Below are positions 36,410 through 47,561 of a stretch of 64,000 nucleotides of DNA, piece by piece. The notes under the pieces are model-generated. The model did no database searches, was not told the DNA's origin, and saw only the letters and a list, made by a program, of their open reading frames with translations. Where the stretch lies: contig OZ251246.1 of NCBI GenBank assembly GCA_965240325.2, positions 1,116,001 to 1,180,000 on the forward strand, in the 5' to 3' direction. The DNA comes from Rebecca billardiae RCC1528. Lineage: Eukaryota > Protista > Haptophyta. A program made the position numbers and the translations under genes. The stretch's first letter is position 1, and each line of letters begins with the position of its first letter.

Positions 36410-37650
36410 GTGTGTGTGTGTGTGTGCGTGTGCAGCTCATCTACCCGTGCGAGGAGCTCGAGGACGCGTGGCTGCGCGCGGACCAGATGCGCCCGCCCAC
36501 GCCCCCGCGCTCGCCGCCGCCTGAGGAGGCGGAGGCGGGCGGCGGCGCGGAGAGCGACGCGCGCAAGCGGCACGCGGGCGCGGTGCGCGCGATCGCGGCG
36601 GCGGCGGGCGCGAAGGCGGCCGAGCCGTTCGGCGGCGGCGGCGGCGGCGGGGCGGACGAGCTGCTCTGCGCAGAGGACGACCTCGGCACCGAGCTCGGCG
36701 GCGGCGAAGGCGGCGGCGAAGGCGGCGGCTTTGACGAGGCCGGTGCCGCGGTGGGCGCGCAGCCGCCGCCCTCGGGCCTCGAGTCGGGCTGGCCGCCCCC
36801 GCCGGGGCAGCAGGCGGGGGCGGTGCTGGCGCAGCGCGTCGCGGCGCTCTCGGGCGCGCCGGGGCTCGCGCGCCCGCTGCCGCTGCACGCGCGCTCGGCG
36901 CTCTCCGACGGCGCGGCGGCGTTCGCCGAGCCGCTGCAGCCGCCGCCGCCGGGCGCGCCGCTCGGCGTGCCGCCCACCGTGGTGGAGGGCTCGGAGGAGG
37001 AGGGCTGGGGGCTTGGCGGGGCGCAGGCGCACCCGCGCCCGCACCCGCAGCAGCACGGCGGCGGCGGCGGCGCGCTGCCGGGCGCATCCGCATCCGCAGC
37101 CGCGGCGGGCGCCGGCGCCGAGCGCGGCGGGTGCGCGGGCGGCGTGTGCGCAGACGAGAACGCGCCGCCGCCGCCGCCGCCGCTGCTGGCCGCCTCGCCG
37201 CAGCTGCGCGCGCGCGGCGCGGCGCTCGCCGCCGCGCTCGCCTCCGCCGCGCCCGAGCGCGCCGCGTCCGAGTGGCCGCGCGCGCCCTCGCCGCCGGAGG
37301 CCGTCGAGGCGGACGCGGCCGCGATGCCGCCGCCGCCGCCGTCGGCGCGCGGCGCGGCGCGCTCGGGCGAGGCGCGGCCGTCGATGCCGCGCACCGCCTC
37401 GGCCACCCTCGTCAACGGCGGCGCGCCCGCCTCGCCACAGTCGCCGCCGCCGCCCTCGCCGCCGGCTGCGGACCCGGCCCCGCCGCCCGCCGCCGGCCGC
37501 GCGGACGGGTCTGCGGCCGCGGCGGGCGCCTCCGCCGCGGGCGGCGTGAGCATGATGCAGCCTGTGCGCGTCACGCTGGGCTGCGTCGATGCGTGCACGC
37601 GCCGGCAGCGCCCGCCCACGCCGCCGCGCGAGGCGCGCACCTCGCACTGA
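33809..37650 (+). CDS. Ser/Thr phosphoprotein phosphatase, BSU1/PPKL-type catalytic domain
   Basis: Exons 33809-34745, 35020-35310, 35623-35745, 36002-36105, 36436-37650. [72 protein letters not shown]. Start could alternatively be 33419. Confidence 0.9.
36295..36432. repeat. Intronic (GT)n microsatellite
   Basis: GT/GCGT array running up to the 3' splice site. Confidence 0.95.
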
Positions 37651-38130
37651 GCGCGAGCGGTGCGCGCGCCGCGCGGCGGCGGCGCCCCCTGCGCCGCCGC
37701 CGGCCCCAGTCGACGCGCGCGCGCACTGCAGTGTCCACGCCTGCCGCCGCTGCTGCCGCCGCCTGCTGCATGGTGAGTGAAGGCCTCGCTGCGCGCGGCC
37801 GCGGCGGCCTTGCGCTGCGGCATGAGGCGACATCATGAGCGCGCACGATTCCGATCGATGCGCGTGGCGGCACCGGCTGCAATCAAAAGACAAACCGGCT
37901 ACTGCTGCTGCTTGCCGCGGCCGCCGACGATGCGTTATTATAACGATCCTTCCAACTCCAAGGCGGCGCGCACTTCGGATCATCGAGTCATCAGTCATAT
38001 CGTCAGTCACTTCATTCATCCGCGCAGCACTGCCACTGACGACTGATGACAGATGCTGAGTCCTCGCGTCGTAGTCGGACGTCGTCGTCAGTTATACCCA
38101 TCGGCGGCATCATCATCAGGCATCACGGCC

Positions 38131-38212
38131 ACGGTGCATGCGCGGCCGCGCGCCGGCGGAGCGGCGCACTGACGGTGCATGCGCGGCCGCGCGCCGGCGG
38201 AGCGGCGCACTG
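38131..38212. repeat. 41-bp tandem duplication followed by a GA-rich tract
   Basis: ACGGTGCATGCGCGGCCGCGCGCCGGCGGAGCGGCGCACTG occurs twice. Confidence 0.85.
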
Positions 38213-38406
38213 ATGATCGAGAGAGCAGAGAGAGAGAGAGAGAGTAGATGATGACGATGATGACGACTACGGGAATCGTAGCCGAGCCGCCTGCTCAGCA
38301 GGCTCAGCGCAGTCATCTGGACCAGCAGGCGTCGCGTGTAGTCATGGCAGACAGCTTATTGCATATATCATGCCGCGCGTGGTCGCACCGCCGGGCTGCT
38401 CAGTGC

Positions 38407-40953
38407 TCACGGCTGATGCTGCGCAGGCGGCTGTGCGGCCGCGCCGCCCGTCGGCGCCGCGCTCGCGCTCGCCGCCTTGGCCGCGACCGAGCTGGCCACG
38501 CGCGCCGCGGTCTCCTGCGCCTCGCGCACCCTCTCCGCCAGCTGCGCGCCGACGGAGCGCAGCTCCGCCAGCTCCGACTCGGCGCCCGCGCCCGCGCCGC
38601 GCGCGCAGCGCAGCTCGAGCGCGTCCGCGCGCGCGCGCACGCCCGCGAGCGCGCGCGCCAGCGTCGACGCCGCCAGCCGGCCGAGGCCGAGCTGCTCCGC
38701 GCACGCGCCGAGCAGCACGCGCTGCGTGCACAGCAGCCGCGCGTGCTCCGGCAGCAGCGCGGCGAGCGCGCGCTCTGCCTGCTCGTGCTCGTGCAGCGCG
38801 AGCTCGAGCAGCTCAGAGGCGGAGGCGGCGGCGGCGGCGGAGGCGGCGGCGGAGGCGGAGGCGGAGGCGGAGGCGGCGGCGGAGGCGGAGGCGGAGGCGG
38901 AGGCGGAGGCCGCCGCGTGCTGCGGCTGCGGCTGCGGCTGTGGCGGCTGCGGCGGCGGCTGCTGCTGCTGCTGCATCATGAGCGCGCGCGCGCTGAGCAG
39001 CTCGCCGCGCGCCGAGTGGCACTCCGCGAGCGTGAGCGCCGCGCGCGCCTGTGCAGAGTGCAGCTGTGCGCTGCCGCCCGCTGCGCCGCCGCCCACGGCG
39101 CCGCCGCGCTGCGCGCCGCCCGGCGCCGCGTGCGCCCTCGGCTTGAGCCGCTCCCACAGACTCGTGGCGAGGGAGAGCATCTCGTCGGCGATCTCGAGAT
39201 CCTCGGCGAGGTCGGACTCGCCCTCCTCGCTCTCCTCCTCGCCCTCGCCCTCCTCCTCCTCCGACACGCCGCCATCCGACGCGGCCGGCGCGGCCGCGTC
39301 GGCCGGCGCGCCGTGCGACGCGGAGTGCGTGTGCTGCTGCTGCGCGCTGCCGCCGCCCGCCGGCTGAGCGCCCTCGAGCTCAGCCTCGAGCCTGTCCTGC
39401 GCGGCGCACACGAGCGCGCGGCCGTAGTGCAGGCACGTGCGCGCGTACACCTCGCGCGCGAGCAGCGCCTCCTCCGCCGCCTCCGCGCGCCGCGCGCCCG
39501 CGGCCTCGTCGAGTGCTTGCAGCGCGCGGCTGTAGAGCGCGGCCGCGGCGCCGTGCCGCGCCGCGCGCTCGGCCGCGGCCGCCTGCGCGAGCAGGGCGGC
39601 CGCCGCCTCGTCGACGCCCGCCGCGTCTTCCGCGCCGTCGGCGTCGGCGTCGGCGTCGGCGAGCGTGCTCGCGCCCGCCCCGCCGCCGCCGCCCCTTTGC
39701 CGCTGCCGCTGCGCCTGCGCCTGCGCCTGCGCCTGCGCCTGCGCCTGCGCCTGCGCCTGCGCCTGCGCCTGCGCCTGCGCCTGCGCCTGCTGCGCATTGG
39801 CCGCCGCCTTCGCCGATGCCTTGCGCTCGCGCGAGGCGAGCTGCGCGCTGCGCACGCCGCCGCCCTCGCCGAGTAGCGCGGCGCGCACCCGCGGCGCCAG
39901 CGCGCACAGGCACGCGGCGATCGGATCCGCCGCGCCCGCCTCCGCCTCCGCCGCCGCCGCCGCCGCCGCCTCCCCGCCGCCTCGGTCGCGCCACCAGAGC
40001 AACGACCAGAAGAGACGGGGCGAGCTGGCGGCGACGCGCGCGGAGGCGAGCTGGCGCGCGAGGCCGGCGCCGTCCGCGCCGGCCTCCTCGACCAGCCGCT
40101 CGAGCACGTGCTCCATCGCCTCGCGCGGCAGCACGTCGATCTCCTCCGCCTCCTCGCGGCAGCGCACATTGCCAGGCTCGCTCGGGAAGTGCGCGCGCAC
40201 GCTCGCGGCCGCGGCCGGCTGGGGCGTGCCCGCGCGCGGCGTCGCGGGGTCGGGCTCGGCGGCGGCGGGGGCGGCGGGGGCGGATGCACCGCCCTCGCCC
40301 TCGCCGCCGCCCAGCCGGAACGCCGCGACCGCCTCGAACCGGTACCGCCCGCCGACCGCAGCCGCATACCGCGCGCGCGCCGTCGCCTCTGCGTAGCGCG
40401 CCGCGCGCTCGTCCTGCGCGGCGCCCTTGATGAGGGCGAGGACGGGGTCCTCGCGCGCGAGCTGCTTGGAGCTCTTGGAGACGGCCAGCGCGAACGCCTC
40501 GCCGATGCCCGCCTCGCCGCCCTCGGACGTCTGCAGCCTGCGACCGCCGCCGGCCGCGCGCCGCTTGGTTGCGCCGCCGCCGCCTCCGGCGCGCGGGCCG
40601 CTCGGCGCGCGCTTGCCGGAGGCGGCAGCCGACGTCGGCGACGTGGCGGTGGAGCGCGGGCGCGCGGATGCGGGCGTCGGCGGCGCCGCCTCCGCCGCGC
40701 CGACACTGATCAGCGCCTCGGGCACGGCGAGCACGAGCGTCTCGCCGTCCGGCACGGCCTCGGCGACGGCCGATTCGTCCGCGCCGCCGAGCGGTTGCGG
40801 CGGGAAGCCGAGGCGCAGGACTTGGTCGGCGCGGGGCACGCCGGTCTTCGCCTCGATCTCGGCGCGCAGCTCGCCGAGCGTCGCGCCGGGAGCCAGGGAG
40901 ACCGTCAGCGGGCCGCCCTGGGGCAGCCGCACGCGCAGCGTCCTCGACGACAT
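38407..40953 (-). CDS. Ubiquitin-like (OTU1/Npl4-type) N-terminal domain fused to NASP-like SHNi-TPR histone chaperone
   Basis: LRVRLPQG..ATLGELRAEIEAKTGVP..QVLRLGFPP..DGETLVL; later LHYGRALVCAAQ, acidic insert, EDLEIADEMLSLA, LTLAECH, ALLPEHARLL and a C-terminal coiled coil. Single 848-aa ORF. Confidence 0.7.
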   Translation of the reverse strand: MSSRTLRVRLPQGGPLTVSLAPGATLGELRAEIEAKTGVPRADQVLRLGFPPQPLGGADESAVAEAVPDGETLVLAVPEALISVGAAEAAPPTPASARPRSTATSPTSAAASGKRAPSGPRAGGGGGATKRRAAGGGRRLQTSEGGEAGIGEAFALAVSKSSKQLAREDPVLALIKGAAQDERAARYAEATARARYAAAVGGRYRFEAVAAFRLGGGEGEGGASAPAAPAAAEPDPATPRAGTPQPAAAASVRAHFPSEPGNVRCREEAEEIDVLPREAMEHVLERLVEEAGADGAGLARQLASARVAASSPRLFWSLLWWRDRGGGEAAAAAAAEAEAGAADPIAACLCALAPRVRAALLGEGGGVRSAQLASRERKASAKAAANAQQAQAQAQAQAQAQAQAQAQAQAQAQAQRQRQRGGGGGAGASTLADADADADGAEDAAGVDEAAAALLAQAAAAERAARHGAAAALYSRALQALDEAAGARRAEAAEEALLAREVYARTCLHYGRALVCAAQDRLEAELEGAQPAGGGSAQQQHTHSASHGAPADAAAPAASDGGVSEEEEGEGEEESEEGESDLAEDLEIADEMLSLATSLWERLKPRAHAAPGGAQRGGAVGGGAAGGSAQLHSAQARAALTLAECHSARGELLSARALMMQQQQQPPPQPPQPQPQPQHAAASASASASASAAASASASASAAASAAAAASASELLELALHEHEQAERALAALLPEHARLLCTQRVLLGACAEQLGLGRLAASTLARALAGVRARADALELRCARGAGAGAESELAELRSVGAQLAERVREAQETAARVASSVAAKAASASAAPTGGAAAQPPAQHQP

Positions 40954-41098
40954 CGCGTCCTGCTGCCGCCCGCCGCTCGCGCGCGCCTGATGGGCTGTGA
41001 CTCTGTGAGGGACTGAGGGTCCTGGCCGAGCGATGGCCGCCGCGACGACCTCGCGGGCAAGGGGTTAGCAAGCGGATCCCCGACCAAGCCCGATCGGC

Positions 41099-42403
41099 AT
41101 GCTGATCGCCGTCGGGACCTACACGGAGCGCGTGCCACACTGCGACGGGCACGGCGCAGGGGTGCACCTCTTCGAGCTCGGCGCCGACGACGGCCGCCTC
41201 ACGCCGCGCGGCGTGATCGGCGTGGGCGCGTGCGGGCCCAACCCGTCTTACCTCGCGCACAGCGGCGGCACGCTGTACGCGGCGAACGAGGTGGCCGAGG
41301 CGGAGCGCTCGACGGTGACGGCCGTGCGGCTAGCGCGCACGCCGGGCGACCCGCTCATCGGCCGCGTCCCCGCCGGCGGCACGGCCTGCTGCCACCTCGT
41401 GCCCCTCCGCGCCGGCCGCGCGCTCGGCTGGGCCAACTATGGCGACGGAACCGTCGGCGCGCGCGACATCCGCGCTGACGGCTCGCTCGGCGACGCGCCG
41501 ACGCTGCAGTGCGCGCTGGGCGCGGGCGTGCGCTTCCCCGGGCCCAACTCCGAGCGGCAGGACGGCTCGCACGCGCACGCCCTCCTCGAGCTGCCCGGCG
41601 GCGCAGGCGCAGGCACAGGTGCCGCGCTGCTGTGCGCAGACCTGGGGTCAGACGCGGTGTGGGCGTGGCGCGCGCCCGCGGGCGCGGCGGACGGCGGCGC
41701 GGGCGCGGGCGCGGGCGAGCAGCCGGCAGGGGGCTGGGGCTCGCAGCGCCCGGTGCGCGCGCTCGCGGCCACGCCGGGCGCCGGCCCGCGCCACCTCGCG
41801 CTGCACCCCAACGGCGAGTGGGTGTTCATCCTGAACGAGCTGGGCGCGAGCGTGAGCGCCTGTGCGTGGGATGGCGCCGCCTCCGCGCTGCGGCGGCTGT
41901 GCGCGGACGTGCCGCTCGGGGGGCGCGGCGGCGAGGATGGCGAGCCCGTGGCGCTGGCGGAGGGCGGCAGCGCGGCGGGCGCGGCGATCCGCGTGCACCC
42001 GAGCGGGCGCTGGCTGTACGCCAGCGTCCGCGCCGCCCACCGATCGTTTGTTGCGCAGCTGAGCGTCGACGGCCGCACGGGCGCGCTCGCGCTGAGCGGC
42101 CGGCACGCGCGCGCCGGCGCGACGCCGCGCGACTTTGCGCTGGCGCAGCCCGCGGGCAGCGGCGGCGCGTGCTACGCCGTCGTGGCGTACCAGGACTCGG
42201 ACACGCTCGCCGTCTTCCGCGTGGACGAGGACGGGCACGGCGGCGGCGAGCACGGCGGCGGCGAGCACGGCGGCGGCGACGGCGCGGAGGCCGAGGGCGC
42301 GCCGGGCCGGCTGGTCGCTGTGGACGGCGGCGTGGCCAGCTGCCCCTCGCCCGTGTGCGTGTGCGTGTGCGACCCGGGCAGCGGTGGCAGCGCCGTGGCG
42401 TAG
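41099..42403 (+). CDS. pgl: 6-phosphogluconolactonase/cycloisomerase-2 family beta-propeller lactonase
   Basis: VGTYT, NPSYLA, LYAANE, ANYGDG, GPNSERQDGSHAH, DLGSD, GAGPRHLALHP, LNEL, HPSGRWLYASVR, TPRDF, QDSD; intronless. Confidence 0.9.
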   Translation: MLIAVGTYTERVPHCDGHGAGVHLFELGADDGRLTPRGVIGVGACGPNPSYLAHSGGTLYAANEVAEAERSTVTAVRLARTPGDPLIGRVPAGGTACCHLVPLRAGRALGWANYGDGTVGARDIRADGSLGDAPTLQCALGAGVRFPGPNSERQDGSHAHALLELPGGAGAGTGAALLCADLGSDAVWAWRAPAGAADGGAGAGAGEQPAGGWGSQRPVRALAATPGAGPRHLALHPNGEWVFILNELGASVSACAWDGAASALRRLCADVPLGGRGGEDGEPVALAEGGSAAGAAIRVHPSGRWLYASVRAAHRSFVAQLSVDGRTGALALSGRHARAGATPRDFALAQPAGSGGACYAVVAYQDSDTLAVFRVDEDGHGGGEHGGGEHGGGDGAEAEGAPGRLVAVDGGVASCPSPVCVCVCDPGSGGSAVA

Positions 42404-42721
42404 CGCCCGACGCGCCCGACGCGTGCCTCGCGGTGGCTGTCGCCGATCGGCGCCGGCACTGCTCGTTCCAGAGTTGCATGCCCTGTGCAGGCACAGTTGG
42501 CGTTGGCGTCAGCTGAAGCTGATTTTAAGTTCCGTAGTTCCCCGCCGGACCCGAGCCGCCGAAGTTAATGATCGCGACAATCTGAAATATCGGCTACCGT
42601 GTACGTACCTATCGGCTACGGTGCTGCTGACGAATCCCGCTGCACGTGAAGCTCCGGTGAAGTCGCGCCCGCCAACGCTCTCGCGCCGCCGAACTCCCGC
42701 AATCGCGGCGTGCCATCCGCG

Positions 42722-44122
42722 ATGCCGACGCCGCAGGAGAAGAAGGAGGAGTACGAGAGGAGGCGCAAGATCGCCATCGGCGGCTTCGCCAGCTGCTGCT
42801 GCTGCGCGGCCCTTGGCTTCCTCTTCTTCTCCCTCGTCTGGTGGACGCCCGCGTTCAATGGCACCGCGCTCGGCGGCAAGGGCGTGAACCGGCCGAAGCC
42901 CGACCTCGGCGGCGCGGTCGTGCAGGCGCTGGTGCCGTCCCCACCGCCCGCGCCTCCGTCGCCCCCGTCGCCCCCGTCGCCCCCCTGGTTCAGCGTCAAC
43001 GGCGCCATGCAGTACGCCTACTCGTACGTCAACGCCGCAGGCAGCGAGAAGAACCCGGGCGGCACGACCAACGAGGTCGCTGTGCGCATCTTCGACCTCG
43101 AGGGCAACGAGCTGGACAAGGTGCGCGCGCGCGCGCCGCGCCGCGGGCGCGCGGGCGCGCGGGCGCGCGCGGCGCGCGCGCCGCGCCTCCTCACGCGCCG
43201 CCCCCTTCCCCCCGGCCCCTTCCCCCCGCCCTGCAGTTCGTGCTCTACCCGGACGGCGTGCCGCCCAACACGAACGAGGTCGTGGAGCGGCGGGACCTGC
43301 TGGCGGGCATCGACTGGTCGAACGTGGGCGACTTCCAGTTCGAGCAGCACGGCGACGACAAGTCGAAGCTGGGCAAGATCTTCATGATCCTCGTCTTCGA
43401 GCAGCGCATGATCCGCGTCATGCCCCGGCCCGGCTCCTTCCCGAAGGGCGGCGTCGATTCGATCGTCTTCGACGCGGGCACGGCCTCGGGCGAGGCGGGC
43501 GTGAAGGTGCCGACGGACAAGGGGCAGTTCGGCAAGGCGTTCTGCGACATCATCGTGACCGGCGGCCCGAACACCGCCAACGCCAAGCTGTACGCCCAGA
43601 TCCGCGGGTACACGCCCGGCACCGCGCTGGAGGACAAGAGCAACGCCACGGAGGCGCTCTCCCCGAAGGTCCTCGTCTCCGAGGGGCTGGAGGACGGCAT
43701 CTCGGCGCCGATCGTGGACATCCTGCCGCTGATCTGGGCGGTGACGGACAACACCGACTTCCTGTACGAGGATGACGCGATCGTCTTCACCGCGGAGGGC
43801 GACGACGTGCGCGCGCGCGCACGGCCCTCGCGCCAGCTGCGGCCTCGCCCGCCCGGCAGGCGGCGCACTCGCTCACGCGCTCACGCCCCGCCACGCGCTC
43901 GCGCGCGCGCCCCGCCGTCCGCCCGCCCACCAGCTGCCGGACGAGATCGTGTACCAGGAGATCAAGGTGGAGTACGACATCTTCGACCACCACATCGTCG
44001 GCGACAAGTTCGACTTCACCGTGCCCACCGTGCCGGGCCAGCGGCACGAGTACTCGATGGCGGACCTGGACGCCACCTCCAGCCGGCGGGAGCTCAGGGT
44101 CACCACGTCGCTCTGGGGCTGA
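42722..44122 (+). CDS. Uncharacterised type II membrane protein with Pro-rich stalk
   Basis: Exons 42722-43120, 43237-43806, 43934-44122 (385 aa). Cys-rich TM near the N-terminus, PSPP stalk, acidic beta-rich domain; strong G/C third-position bias. Confidence 0.75.
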
Positions 44123-44437
44123 GCAGCGGTGCGCGAAGGAGCGCGCAGACGGGGCGCACCCTGCACCTCTTGTGGAAGCGCACGCCGCCGTCGGAGCGCG
44201 CTGCGGCGCGGGGCCCCGTATTTGATCCCGCGCACTACCTGCGCGGCCCGGCGGCCATGGGCGGCGGTGGCGGCCAGCGCCGCATGCAGCGCGGCGCTGC
44301 GTTGCCTCATACGTAGTAGGTATCGTCGTTACCACTACGGCTCAGAATTATGTCGTAGCCGCCTCGCTCCGGCTCGCGTAGCAGTCGTCGGCGTCACGTT
44401 ATTATATGTATATGTGGGGTTATTGGTACAATAACTG

Positions 44438-46333
44438 TAGGTGGGCCCACTGGCCACTGTGGGATTATAGTGACGCAGAGCGCGAGCTCATAGAGCGATG
44501 TTTACTTTCGTCTCGAGCTGGATTCCAGCCCCAGGAGATGGCCCCTGGCCTGCCTGGTTAAAAAACCAGTGGTACATGCTGTAAATATAGGGAGTAACGG
44601 TGGTCCTGTTTACTTATTGGAAATGGCCTGTGACCAATGTAACGGCCATGTAACGGGCGTCTTAAACGTGATATATAGGGTCGATAGACGTCACTTTGAT
44701 ATAGCACTTTGATGAGCTGATCATAGGTCTTCAGCAGCATGCACACCCATTGTCACATATACGGCGTATATGGGCACTGTGAGAATACGGGATAACGGCC
44801 GTTACACCCGTGCGTTACATATACACCGCCATGCTGATCAGCATGGCTGCCATAGTATTTCAGACTGTTTCAGACTGCTCTCGTAGCAGCCGTACGGCGT
44901 GCATGTGACACCTAAGATTTTTTCCAACCCTTCTACCCTCGAAGGATGAGTCTTAAGGAGCCGTGGGCAAAGATTGAGCCGCACCGAGTCGCGGCGCCAG
45001 CCCGCCCGCCGTGGTCAAGGCAAGCAGGAGTGGTGCACGCGGCGCCGGGCCCATCCAGCAGCCCGCAGCGTAAACACGGCGGACAAGGTTCGTCGAGAGC
45101 TCATCTGTGGCGTTCAAGGCAGGCACTGCTATGCATCGAACGCCTATTCTCATGCCCCGACCTAACCGTTGCTCTACACTGCGACCAAGCTGTGTCCGAG
45201 CTGTCCTCAGCTTGACCGTCCTTTGCCTAACTGTGCGCAACGGCCGCTTCGTCGCAGCGCCGAGCTGGCTCGCCGTGGTGCGCGCGCGCGCGTAGCGATG
45301 TGCACTCATCACCGCTTCCTGCGTGGCAGCAGGGCGAGACATGGCTCGCAGGTAAGCTGAAACGCCTGCTGACCGTGCACCGGCGTCGGCGGCGCCACCA
45401 ACGTCCTCGGGCAGGCTCACGAAGGGCTCAAATCACTGGTGAACGCATCAACTGTACTGTCCGCAGCGAGCACGGCGCACAGCGGATGACCAAGCAGAGG
45501 CGGGGCGACTGCTGTGCGGCCGCGCGGGGGGAGTAGCTGGGCTCTTGAGGTACGCGTAGAGCCACGACAGGGCTCAACAAGCGCATCAGCTGCGATCTAC
45601 CCGGCTTGACGCGCAGCCCGACCTCGTGCAATCGTGTGGCTCGAGGCCCTCCAAGGGGCTCGTAGCTTCCAAACACCTGAGGTGCGTCGGCACTGAGAGT
45701 TGAGTCGAGGCCGGGGAGGTAACAGACGGCACACGCATCCACTTTGACCGCTGTTTGACCATCAGATCCTTCCCCAAGTGCCCACGATCATGTGAATAGC
45801 CACAGCGTTCGGTCACACCGCGCAGACTTCCGGGGACCTGACCGACGAGGCGGGTCTCCGCAGGGCCACAGAAGTAGCTGGGCCTTGCCAGGATACCATG
45901 CATATGCTGTCCGAGTAACGCTCCGGAGTGTCCGAGTTGATTCGAGTGCGTCCCAAGCTCGCGTTGTGCACGCATTACAATCCTCAAAGCTGTTCCGGTG
46001 TTTGAACGCGCGACTGTCGGCGAGAGATGGCGGACCGGGAAGATGACCCAGGGATGAACCGTTCGCATGGCTCGTTTCAGAGGGCTACGCAGTATGCCAC
46101 GGGCGTGCGGCGCAGCGTGCCTCGCATGGTAGGCGGGCAAGCGCGGCGGACAACGCGCTGACGACGCGCACAGGTCGATCCCGGTCATCGTTTTCGCGAG
46201 CGACCGGCTTCCCGGACCGGGAGTTTGGCGGCCTGGAAAAAAGGGACTTCAGCGCGAGAAAAAGAGCACGGCTGCGGTCCGAAAAAGCCAGAGAGATTGT
46301 GTTTTCATTTTTAAATGGCTGTGGGCCCACCTA
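44438..46333. mobile_element. Non-autonomous TIR DNA transposon (hAT- or P-like)
   Basis: TIR TAGGTGGGCCCAC (44438-44450) / GTGGGCCCACCTA (46321-46333); ATAACTG duplicated at 44431-44437 and 46334-46340; no intact transposase. Confidence 0.8.
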
Positions 46334-47028
46334 ATAACTGATTGTCTAAGAGGACGATGCCAAGAACGCCGGGCGCCAGCGCCGCTCATCAGCCACATCG
46401 CCCTCTACCAGACCATCGCCTCAAAGCGCTGCTCCCGGACAAACAGTCTGTCCGGGTTTGTCGCCGCGGAGATCTGCTGTTTCCGGCGCCCCCTGGCTGC
46501 TTCGCCAGGCGCGGGCGCGCGAGATGGCTGCAGCCGGGCTCGTGGCCCTGCGTCGCCGGCGGCGGCGGCTCGCACGCGGGTGGCGCGTCGCGTGCACCGA
46601 CCAACATCTTTCGGCAACTCAGCGGTAAGCAACATCACTCACGCACCGCGTCTCGTCGACGGCGAGCGGCATGCCCACCGCATCTGCTGCCGCTCGCCAA
46701 GGCATGAGGACACGTAAATCCCACTGAGTAGGAACACACGCAGCCGCCTCGGCATCGACATGCCAGGCGGCGTGCCCACCTTCGGCCAGCAGTTGGCGTC
46801 GGCGTTCACGAGGACGGCTAGACATATATATATATCACTGTTTCGAACCGTCGTCGAGTCGCGATCAACTTTCAGCGACTACAGCTTTCTCGCGCGATGC
46901 CGATCGCGATCGATCTCTCTCTTGCCCGCGGACCGTCTCATCATCCGAAGGCGCCCCTGGAGGCTCGCCGGGCGCCACGGGCCGACTCGGCCTCGGGCTC
47001 GGGCACGGCGCGCCCGGCGACTATACGC

Positions 47029-47030
<2 letters not shown>

Positions 47031-47089
<59 letters not shown>
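47031..47089. repeat. (TA)n microsatellite
   Basis: Perfect TA run. Confidence 0.98.
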
Positions 47090-47091
<2 letters not shown>

Positions 47092-47561
47092 CATCCTAGC
47101 TCGGCTCGACTCTGGCTCGGTCGTACTCGTAACGGGGCGCCGGCTGCGCCGCGCCCGCTGCGGCGGCGCGATGGCTGCTTCTTTCTATACTGCTAAGCCA
47201 GTCACGGACTATATACGCATACCTAGCTGTGTCGTAGTCTGTGATCTGCTTCATTCAGCATGTAACTACTCGCGCGCAGCGTACTGCGTTGTCTGCCAGC
47301 CGGCGGAGCCAGTCACAGTGCCCAGTCGCCCACTCTGCGCGGCACAGAGAATGCCGATACGAGTCTGACGAGAGTCAGCCGAGAGTAGCTGCTAGTCGTC
47401 GGCACGCCGTATACTCTTGAGCGAGCGGAGCTAGCCTCGTCGTCGCGCGCCGCGCGCAGCGCGACCCGCCCGTACCCGGTTACCGGTACCGTACACGTCA
47501 CGGCGTAACATCTCCCTGGAAGTAGTCACGGCTGGGTAGACGATATCGCCCATGGATCGAC

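Noticed and set aside
41099-42403. Recent bacterial transfer or operon (intronless Pgl, RsuA-like, trigger factor)
   Set aside because: Composition and Ala/Gly insertions match native genes, and such families are common in algal nuclei; no evidence of recent transfer.
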